DNA of 64,000 bases from Mayamaea pseudoterrestris (Eukaryota). The notes beneath the pieces were generated by a model, which did no database searches, was not told the DNA's origin, and worked only from the letters and a program-made list of their open reading frames with translations. Of the stretch, positions 45,159 to 54,650 are shown one piece after another (position 1 is the stretch's first letter; each line of letters opens with the position of its first letter). The stretch covers positions 434,001-498,000 of the forward strand of contig BROI01000007.1 in assembly GCA_027923505.1 (NCBI GenBank). Direction: 5' to 3'. Position numbers and translations under genes: made by a program.

Positions 45159-46061
45159 CTAAGAGGGGTGCATATCTAAGTGTAATGTAATAAAACAGAT
45201 GTATAAACGAGTTGTGAATGTATACTGTGGTGTTTTGTGCGTGTGCGCAATGCGCAATGCGCAGCCTAGGCTATTCTATCCACACAAAGCAATGTATGCG
45301 TCAATGATAATACTGGTAGACATTTCTCCCTGCAAAGTCGGAAATCATTGCCGTGCCTGCAGCCAACCTTGTCAACCTTCTGCTACCGGTATACTCTGCG
45401 GGAGAGGTTGGTCGCTGTGTGATGATCTCTCGCAATCAGCGTCAGAGTCGCGCGGAAGGCACATCCGGCAGTCGTTATTGGCGCTTTCTTGATGAGTGAT
45501 TTACTGTCAAGAGCTTTGTTATTCTACACTAGCAAAATGTAGAAGGCCAAGCAAAGGTACTGGTGGCATAAGTTGTTTGCCTCGTCGCGCAGGCTAGCAG
45601 CCGCGGGATACAACAATCATGCTAGCGAGAACATTGAGCTTCCCTTTGACTTCTCGATTCAGTCTTTCTTCAATAACACCGATCAACGACAAGGAACAAG
45701 AAGGCGGAGGAACTGACAGCTTCAGATAAAACAGCCTCCAGCCCACACTGAGTGTTGGTTGGTGGTGCCACGCACATCAATAATGTTCCATGGAATGGAA
45801 GGCATAAACGTGCTGTATATCCTGATATTCTCATTTGACAACAGCTAGGAGTACAGGAAGCGTAAATAAGTAAGGAATGTTGAAGTATCGCCCAGGAACA
45901 GAAGTGATCCGAACTCGGCAACTGACTCAGCAGGAAGCCGCCACGCACTGTTCTCCAAGAACACACGCGAGGCCAAGTCGACACGCAGATGGGGATCGCT
46001 GGAAAGATCACACTGACTGTGAATCATCAACCACAACACAATTGTTATTGAATGCAGCAAG

Positions 46062-46514
46062 ATGAGCAAGCTCCTGATCCGCAAGGTTACCACGAACGGC
46101 CATCTATTGTCCGTCAAGCGATCCAATCCGCGACCAGCTACCGCAGCGCTGGAAAAGGAAATGCAAGCACCGTACCCACACTCACCTTTCAAGAGACAAA
46201 GGACAGAGTCAGCAGTATTGACGAGCTTCAAGAGAAATCAATGCTTCGACAATTTGACCGACTTGTTCGATGAAGCAAGTCTAATTGAAGGCAGCAACAG
46301 CAACTTGTTTCCCAAGATCGAATGGAGTTCCGTTGAGGACGAAAGTACAGACATTCCGGATGTGACTGACTCCACAGCATCCACTAGCCATCGACAATCA
46401 ACGTCGCTACCACCCAAAACGAGTTTGAAGCGACAGATCCATCGATTACACTCCCCATGTGTGTTAAATCAACTCCACGAGTTTCAATCTCGGACTTGGC
46501 AGCTGGAGGTTTGA
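46062..46514 (+). CDS. Small hypothetical protein with FPKIEW-acidic motif
   Basis: 150-aa ORF with KRQR and LTDLFDEA...LFPKIEWSSVEDES; followed by an AT-rich 3' region. Confidence 0.65.
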   Translation: MSKLLIRKVTTNGHLLSVKRSNPRPATAALEKEMQAPYPHSPFKRQRTESAVLTSFKRNQCFDNLTDLFDEASLIEGSNSNLFPKIEWSSVEDESTDIPDVTDSTASTSHRQSTSLPPKTSLKRQIHRLHSPCVLNQLHEFQSRTWQLEV

Positions 46515-47094
46515 GCTTGAAAGCTGTCACTCAATTTTGCAATCTGTTTACAATTTAATCGCTAATAGCAGTACTTTTGACTACCTATACAAATCTTTGT
46601 TTGTAAACTAACTGTAAGCTCGTAAATGTAAGACCCTGCCGGGCTGGGTCGATGAGTTGGTGAGCAAGAAATCAACAAAAGACTAAAAGGTACCGCTACG
46701 ACATCTACGAGATAGACAATCGACACTGAAAAGCTTTTTACCCGTTTTTGATCACTGTACCCGCTAGCAAGTGGCAGGACATGCATTTCCTAAGCATATC
46801 GTCAAGCATTCAACGATGAATTGAGCATGTCAAGTCCAAAGCAGAGGATGGTTTTGAGAGCGCACCAGAGTACGACTAGCCTCAAGCGCTCTGACGGTGC
46901 AACGTGCAGCAGGTCAACACTGTACAATTTAAGGTCTAACGAGGTGTATACGATATGCAACATAATGGATTAAAAATTTAATGTAAGCTTTATGAAAAGC
47001 ATGAGTGCCCAGAATAGGTACATTATGAACAAATTTGGAGACGACGAAAAAGCCTCCCATCCAACAGCCAAAGCCCGCCACGGCCTTCTGTCAT

Positions 47095-47535
47095 TTACGC
47101 CGCCGACGCTCGCGGACAGGGCTTCTTGTAGTCTTCGTCTTGATCCAAAAGTGAGAGACTGGAAGAAAAGTTGCGCGAGCGAACCATGCTACGCGACCGC
47201 GACCACGAATCGTCTTGGCAGTTTGTGAGAAACGAGTGCGAGGAACTAGGCATCTGATGCCCGCAAATGTCGCTTGCCATACTCCGGATGCTATGTGTGG
47301 GAAACTTGAGCGAACCGGCGAAATCCAACTTTGTAATGCTTTCATCATCGTCGCTTGCCCACGAGATGCTTGGGAAGGAAAGAGTCGATTCATCATTACC
47401 CAGTCGACGGCGAGGAGCATCGTAGCTCATGTTCATTCCCTTCCCGATCGTTTCCAAGCATTTGAACGCGTTCATTGGGCTGCGAAACGCTTCAAGTGCC
47501 TCTGTTGCGTGCCCAGGTACCCAGGTTAAGCTCAT
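47095..47535 (-). CDS. Small hypothetical protein with FPSISW-acidic motif
   Basis: 146 aa from the ATG at 47535, within the 47095-47883 ORF. Contains SFPSISWASDDDES and MVRSRNFSSSLSLLD. The start is uncertain. Confidence 0.65.
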   Translation of the reverse strand: MSLTWVPGHATEALEAFRSPMNAFKCLETIGKGMNMSYDAPRRRLGNDESTLSFPSISWASDDDESITKLDFAGSLKFPTHSIRSMASDICGHQMPSSSHSFLTNCQDDSWSRSRSMVRSRNFSSSLSLLDQDEDYKKPCPRASAA

Positions 47536-47923
47536 TCTGTATTGTATGACGGTCGTTTGTGCAATTCTGCAGTGTACTCCACGCCCTGCCGATGGTTGTG
47601 GCCGTGATGCGGCGTTTGCGAAGCGATCGCAGATTGATTCGTGACGAATAGTCACTGGAACAAGGAACCTCACGTTCACGTACACTTGAAGCTTATAGTC
47701 GAAGTGCCATGTGTGACCCAGTACTTTTCCTCGCCTTCTATTCGCAGATGGTTTTGCGTCATGAGTGTCATAGCGAACCGCCACTGCAAGGTTCAACATG
47801 TAAAGGGTTCGCTTCGGTGATTCCATTTCAAGCGAGATTCTCCGACGCAAATTTCTTATGGCTACATACGTAGTACCGTACAAGACCCATACTAAAGATT
47901 AGCTATGTGCTACTTCATCAATT

Positions 47924-49678
47924 TTATAGCTCTGAAGAATCATGATAGCTACTCCTCACTTCTTGCTCCAGAGGCCGTCGCAGTGTCGCGACAGCAATGG
48001 CAATATCGTCGCGGTATCGCCCTTGCTTGTCTTGTTGCCAGCCATTGGCAGCGGCAAACACCAAATGTTCCGCTGCCGTCAAAGGATGTGCTCCATCCAG
48101 TTCAAACAAAGCTTTTGCAAGTACCTTGGCAATGTCGTTGTGATCCAAGTAGTCTAGCATGCCATCCGTCGCCGACACTCCAAAAATATAAACATCGTCG
48201 ACTTCATTGTCATTGATTGTCATCGTCCGCGATGAACTGTATGACTCTCCAGCCACAACATCACCTTGCTCATCCAGGGACAAAAACGATGAAGTTGTAT
48301 CGTCTTCGCCGTCAGTATAATTGCCGCCACTTCTTTCCTCCTGCACCAGCCTATCAATGTCAATCACATCAACAATCGGATCTGGAATAACTCCTAATTT
48401 TCCCGCCGCCCAATCTCCAATGGAACGACTCATGGCCAAGCCAGATGGTGCTCCCGTTCGTGGATCATGGTAGACGACACGACTTGTCCCTCTGGCGGGA
48501 ATGTACACTTGTCCACCAGCGGCTTCCACGCGAGCTCGCTCATCGGCCAAATCAGGCTTGTCTTCGCGTGAAACGTAAACGACGCGACACGTCTTGGCAG
48601 ATGGTCGATAGGTGACTATAAAGCTGCGCGAGTCACCGGCATTGGCAATGAAAATCTTTTGATCTAGCTTGAGAATGATCGAGGCAGTGCATCCACCGCT
48701 TCCATGGGCCGGAGCGTCGCGATCAAGTTCAACAAAAGTTTCGACAAGTATTTGCTTGACAGTAGAGACGGGAATATCAGTGTGTATTTTTGCTGCTGCT
48801 GAATTTGATTTCAGAGATGTTGCGTTAACGTGCTGCTGATTGTCATAGGCTTGGGAGAGCTTGTGTCCAAGTCGCTCGGGTAGCTCGCGAGCAGTAAAAT
48901 CCGAAACTAATTCTCCTCTCGGAGCATGCCCATCAAAGACACCCAGCAAAATTGAGTCATGGTTATCGTTATCAGCCGCAGTAATTGTTTGTCCGTCTTG
49001 ACCAGGTTTCGGAACAAGGTATGGCATGACAATGATTGCTCGATCCTGATTGATTTGCTCATGAAGCGGTCCTCCCTTGTACCCGATTAGCGTTAATGTG
49101 ACTGCTTCCTCGTGTCCAGAGGATTCCAGTAACAATTCCGACGAAGTAGCCGTCGATGCAGGCGTCTTTTTCGCTTGTCTCAGCTCCTGTAGAGCCGCCT
49201 TGATGGGTTCGGAATTGTAATGCACATCCTGCGGTGTTAGCGGACAGCCATAGACTGGACAATCGGCACGCTGCTTTGTGTACTTTCTGCGTCTCGAAAT
49301 GTGTATGTCGTTTGCATCATCGCTGCGTTTGGCAGCCTCCAATCGCGTCGCTTCCCCCAATGTTGAATGTGGTCGAAGCGTGAGCGCTGCAGCAACGGAA
49401 AGCAAGAGTGGAAATGGACGCATGATCAGTGCTTGCTGCTGCTGCTGTTGTTTCCGACGATGACCTCGATGGCGGCTGTAGTAACTATTGGTTACGCCAG
49501 TCGTGTGCGGCGCCGAGTAGGAGGAGGCGGTTGGTAGCGTTTGTTGAGAGACGATGAGAGAAGAGCGTGGGAGCTGCGCGGAGGACAAGGAGCGATCCGA
49601 ACTGGACAATTGAAAATTGAAGCGGCGGGATCGAAGCTGAATAAATCTACTACACCGCTGCGTCCATGCAATATTCAT
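47924..49678 (-). CDS. PP2C/PPM-family protein phosphatase
   Basis: NQDR, GVFDGH, GCTA, ANAGDSR, ERARVEAAGG, GLAMSRSIGD, ATDGM and RDDIA. The start is uncertain (ATGs at 49849, 49678 and further downstream), and the N-terminus looks like a presequence plus a hydrophobic segment. Confidence 0.92.
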   Translation of the reverse strand: MNIAWTQRCSRFIQLRSRRFNFQLSSSDRSLSSAQLPRSSLIVSQQTLPTASSYSAPHTTGVTNSYYSRHRGHRRKQQQQQQALIMRPFPLLLSVAAALTLRPHSTLGEATRLEAAKRSDDANDIHISRRRKYTKQRADCPVYGCPLTPQDVHYNSEPIKAALQELRQAKKTPASTATSSELLLESSGHEEAVTLTLIGYKGGPLHEQINQDRAIIVMPYLVPKPGQDGQTITAADNDNHDSILLGVFDGHAPRGELVSDFTARELPERLGHKLSQAYDNQQHVNATSLKSNSAAAKIHTDIPVSTVKQILVETFVELDRDAPAHGSGGCTASIILKLDQKIFIANAGDSRSFIVTYRPSAKTCRVVYVSREDKPDLADERARVEAAGGQVYIPARGTSRVVYHDPRTGAPSGLAMSRSIGDWAAGKLGVIPDPIVDVIDIDRLVQEERSGGNYTDGEDDTTSSFLSLDEQGDVVAGESYSSSRTMTINDNEVDDVYIFGVSATDGMLDYLDHNDIAKVLAKALFELDGAHPLTAAEHLVFAAANGWQQDKQGRYRDDIAIAVATLRRPLEQEVRSSYHDSSEL

Positions 49679-50049
49679 TGTCCTAATCCAATCTTCTGTG
49701 GGTTCATGCCACTTGGCAAGGCTAATGGAAAAAAGGGCAAGGTGAAGTTGGGATCGAATCGACAACTGGATCCTTTCATGGCGCGCCGGCGCGCCAAGAC
49801 ACGAAGACGTCGTTCCGGTATTAGTTTTTTCGCCGCCAAATTCGTTCATGCCAATGCATCACCAAATTCATCCACTACTACTTGTCGTCCCTCTCTCTAC
49901 AAGCTGCCTCTTTGTAGTTGCATCAATCCAGCGTGACGAATATAAGTGTCTGTAAGGTTGGTGTGATTTCTTCATTCCACAACAAATCCGTCTCGTTGAA
50001 CTTACACGACGACAAGTGACCACACATCACTCATCGTCTTCAGTCCACG

Positions 50050-52822
50050 ATGAAGTTCTGTAATAGCAGCAAGTCACCACCACCAACGCCTGAATCAGAT
50101 TCACCGGTAGATCAAAGGTGTGACGACATGGAAGGTGCCACAAATGAGCCAAACATGCCAGACGATCTTTCGCTCAACGGTTTCGAGAACGAAATTGACG
50201 ATGACGACGACTCGCAAGGCTCAATTCCACCGCCTCCTCCAAATGATCCACATCCGGACGACTTGGCGGAGCAAGGAATCATTCAGACTGCTCCAGCAGT
50301 GACTACTGCACCAATCGTCGAAGCTGAAGCGTCGGCTCCTCCTTTCAAGAAAGCTAGATCGTTCTTCTTCTACAAACAGCCGAAACAGGCAAAGAGCAAG
50401 CGTGATGCATCCGAGGCGACACTGCCACCTGCAGGACCAGCATCTCTTTCTTCCATCACTAGTCGAGAATTTGTAAATGTAAATGACGATGACGATCCTG
50501 ACGTATACAGCGAACAGCAAGAAGACGAACGTGTCAGTCAAGTTGGTGCCAGAGAGTATTATGTCGACGATGATGACTACACGTTCGAGAATGCGTCGGT
50601 TGAAATTCCACCGACGAGTGTCTTGCAGCGCTACAAGGCTCGCGAGAGTGACAGTACTAGCAAGAAGACTAGCTCGAAACGCTGGTGCGCAATTCTCATT
50701 GTTGGATTCCTGCTGCTTTTGATCATAATCTTGGCAGTTGGCTTTGGGACGGGTGCCTTTGTGCAGTCGGCAAGTTCCACTCCAAGTGACAGCAACAATG
50801 GAAGCGCTGGTAGCGGCAACCCGAACCATTCCGGGAGCAGCGGCAATAACACTTGGATGGCTTCCAACTCAACGTCGACCAACGGCCGACCTGGTCGGCT
50901 GCTAAGCTTCTTGTCGGATCTGACCGACGCGAATGCATTTCAAGACATTACGTCGCCGCAAAGCCTGGCGCTGGCGTGGCTGGTGAATGACGATCCTCTG
51001 CAGCTTGATCCAGCGCAGGGCAAGACTGACGACCAATTTCGTGTCCAGCAGCGCTTCGCCTTGCTGACGCTGTGGTATTCCTCCCAGCAGGGCTGGAAGA
51101 ATGAAACGAATTGGCTGCAAGATTTAAATGAGTGCACCTGGTACGGAATTACATGCGGCGCTCGATCAGTCAGCGGGATTGAGCGCGACAATGTTGTGAT
51201 AGCCATTGGTATGGATGACAACAATGTACAAGGACTACCAAACGATGTGGTCATGCTCGAACACTTGGAGATTCTGAGTCTACCGGGCAACGCTCTGGAT
51301 GGAACCCTTCCGGAAAGCCTGACGCGAATGATAAGTCTCGTTGAACTGCATTTGGACAACAATGCGTTTGAGCAAAGTCTCTATAATTTCGATTGGAGTC
51401 CTTTAATTAACCTGGAGGTGTTGCGGTTGAGCGAGAACAAATTCTCTGGTGTTTTGTCTGACTCGCTTTGGACATTAACCAAGCTGGAAGAATTAATACT
51501 GGACAATAACGAGATTTTTGGGGAGCTGGCTAGCGCCATCGGAAATCTGGCGAGCTTGAAGGTTATCGATCTAGGTTTCAATGCATTCTTTGGGTCTTTG
51601 CCGGCTACCATTGGCGGCCTGACAAAGCTGAGCACGTTGAGGCTTGGCAACAATGAGTTCAGCGGCGCCATACCAAGTTCAATCACTGGCATGACGAGTC
51701 TGCAAGAACTTAACATTGAAGCGAATCGATTGACAGGGACCCTTCCGGAGAACCTTGTCAATCTGGACTTGTCAATTCTGCTCGTCGGCCGCAACAGCTT
51801 TTCCCAAGGATCAATTCCTAGCTTTGTCTATGAGTTGACAAGTCTCGAAGTGCTTGGCCTGAACGAAATGCAGCTGACAGGGCAGATTGATACAACTATT
51901 GGTAATCTCGTAAATCTGAGGGAGCTTTATATGGAATCCAACTTTCTGGCGGGTATTCTTCCGGTAGAATTGGCCTCATGCACCGAACTCAATACATTGA
52001 CCATGCAGAACAACTTCTTTTCGGGCGATCTGAGCTTTGCCACAAGCTTGACGAATATGGTTAATTTGAACCTCGCAAAGAATCAGTTGGTTGGTGGCGT
52101 GCCAGATGTAGGGGCACTGTCAAGTCTTACGCGTCTCCAGCTTCAGGAGAATGAAGCTCTTGGAGGCACCTTGCCCGAGTCTTTGACTTTGCTGCAGTCA
52201 CTTGGTAAGTTTGTGTGCAACAAAATATGGTTCACTGCCATCATCAGTCAGTTGTCTCACCTTTCTGATTGCCGTTCATGTTATAGTCTACCTCGACCTT
52301 AGCGCGACCAGCCTTTCCGGCTCTTTGCCAAGTACTCTAGGCAAAAACTGGCCCGCCATGGAAGATCTTCTCTTGTTTAAGAATCGATTCTCAGGATCAA
52401 TTCCAAAATCCATCTGTGACATGGCCAATCTTCGGACGCTCCGCCTGCAAGAAAATGTTGGCAGCTCGACGGGTGACGACGATGCAACATTCTCCACTGG
52501 ACTCTCAGGCCCACTGCCGAAAAGCATTGGGAACTTGTCCAATCTTGAAGTGTTGGAGCTGCAATCTAATCGACTGACTGGTCAATTGCCTAGAGCCATG
52601 CGCGAGCTAACTCAGTTGATCTACCTTGACATTGAGGATAATGAGTTTATCGGCGACATTCCGTCGCAGTTTGCCAGAATGGAGTCCTTGCAAGAGTTTT
52701 ATTTAAGCGGAAACAATATTCAAGGAAGCATGCCACAAGGCATTTGTCAGCTGAGTAATCTCCAGTCCCTCGTCCCCGACTGTGGCATTACCGAATGTTC
52801 CTGCTGCACGTCGTGTGCGTAA
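50050..52822 (+). CDS. Type II membrane LRR receptor-like protein without a kinase domain; intron 52205-52286
   Basis: Acidic disordered N-terminus, TM (AILIVGFLLLLIIILAVGFG), N-cap SPQSLALAWL..DD...QRFALLTLWYS...ECTWYGITC, many LRRs, and C-cap DC...ECSCCTSC. Confidence 0.92.
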
Positions 52823-53061
52823 AGTCGTGAGCGGGCAAGTTAAAGAAGTATTTGTGTATGGACCTGCTATAAAACTATTATATATTTTTATTGTTATTAG
52901 AAACAATCTGCCAGTATCATACTGCTGGTATGTATGGAGTGAAACAGTAGCTAAGTGAAGTGCTGCTGCGACATCGCAATTGACAACCTCGCGACGACCA
53001 TGAATGATCACCACAACACACCGCGTGAAGCAGCCACTCTTCAGCTTGTAGTTCAGTAACC

Positions 53062-54573
53062 ATGAGTAGCAACGACAAGAGTAATAGAAAGGATGCTTTC
53101 GGCCGTGACGACATGATGGCCATGTTAGGCGGCGGCCTCTCGGAGACGCTAACGCGTCGACCTACAACTGCCACAACGTCGTCACGCAACGCTTCTAGCA
53201 AACCCGATCTATCAGACTTGACAACGGCAGAAACGGCAGCCATGCTACTGGCCGAACAACAAAGCAAGAAAAATGATCCAATGAATAAAAAGCTGGCCAT
53301 TGGAAGAGATCGCCTCCGGACGCACAAAGTGCGAGCGTACCATCAATTGCTTCACGAGGAAGCTGTCGATGCGTCTACAGCTACTGCGACTCTGCAAAAA
53401 CGGGAACCGCAATTGGAACATGATGACCAGGATGGTAATCAAGACGGCTTTCAAATAAGAAAGATTGTTGCGCCCGTGACGTCCACTCGCGCGTACGATT
53501 CTTCGTCGACGTCATCCGAAAGCGAAGAGTCAAACGCCAATCAGCGTCGACCGCAACGTCGTCGGGTTGACTCAAGTAGCAGTGATGACGATGAGGACAA
53601 TGCTGCAGATGCTAGGAGGAAGCGATTGCTGGAGAAGCGAAAGGTGCAATCGACGGAAGAAGTAGCTTTGCTAGATGTCGCATCCGAACAAATTGATTCT
53701 ATTCCAGCGAGTCTGGACCTGGACAAACCTGATCGATCGGAGAACACTAGCAGCGGTGACGAGAGAGAACAGAATTCCTCGAATATAACACGACGGAGAG
53801 CATCCGCATCTTCATCTAGTAGCAGTGACTCTAGCAGCGAAGAATCGTCGACTTCAGATTCCTCGAGCGACGAAGACGACAATCAACCAGTAGCAGGGAT
53901 ATCAGCCCGACCAGTTTTCATTCCTCGACACAAACGAGCTTCCGTTCAACAGACTGAGGCTGAGGAAAAGCATGAAGAAGAACTGGAGCGCTTGCAACTT
54001 GCCAACAAGGTAAAACGCAAGCAAGAGTCGCGAGCCATGGTGCAGCAGGTGCTTTTGGCGTCGGCGCAAACCGTGTCTGACTACAGCGACGCTTTGGAAG
54101 GTATAACGGGCGCGCGTAACATTGCACCTGACGATGCTGATGAAAATGATGAGCGAGCGCGAGATGAATGGCAAGTGCGCGAACTTTTGCGGCTCATTGA
54201 AGATTTGGATGTTGAGCAAAAGAGACTAGCGGAGGAGCGAGAGCTTGCTCGTCGGCGTAAATTGACAGACGAAGAACGTCTCCAGGAAGACATTGCGGCT
54301 GGTCGCTTTCAACGGCCGGGCGAACAACCTCGCATGACAGACACTGGACCAACGTCGAAGCGATATCATCATCAGGGAGCCTTCTACATGGACGAGGATG
54401 AACTTGCTCCCGACGACGTTCGGAGAAATGCAAAACAATACGCGCGAGCGGCAACGGAGGCTGATAAAATCGTTAAACGGGGATTCGCGAATCAGTCAAA
54501 GTACAAGGGTCTACGAGCTGAGGACACTTCGGATCGCAGTATGGAAATGCTACCTCTCAAACGAAAGAAGTAA
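53062..54573 (+). CDS. MFAP1: Splicing factor MFAP1-like protein
   Basis: RPVFIPRHKR, WQVRELLRL, RRRKLTDEER, RYHHQGAFYMD and QSKYKGL.AEDT. Confidence 0.85.
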   Translation: MSSNDKSNRKDAFGRDDMMAMLGGGLSETLTRRPTTATTSSRNASSKPDLSDLTTAETAAMLLAEQQSKKNDPMNKKLAIGRDRLRTHKVRAYHQLLHEEAVDASTATATLQKREPQLEHDDQDGNQDGFQIRKIVAPVTSTRAYDSSSTSSESEESNANQRRPQRRRVDSSSSDDDEDNAADARRKRLLEKRKVQSTEEVALLDVASEQIDSIPASLDLDKPDRSENTSSGDEREQNSSNITRRRASASSSSSSDSSSEESSTSDSSSDEDDNQPVAGISARPVFIPRHKRASVQQTEAEEKHEEELERLQLANKVKRKQESRAMVQQVLLASAQTVSDYSDALEGITGARNIAPDDADENDERARDEWQVRELLRLIEDLDVEQKRLAEERELARRRKLTDEERLQEDIAAGRFQRPGEQPRMTDTGPTSKRYHHQGAFYMDEDELAPDDVRRNAKQYARAATEADKIVKRGFANQSKYKGLRAEDTSDRSMEMLPLKRKK

Positions 54574-54650
54574 TTGTCTGGCGTTTGCCACTTTTGCTTC
54601 ACCGTATTATATTTAATCTAGTTACTGCCCTGTCACTTCCTACTAAATTC

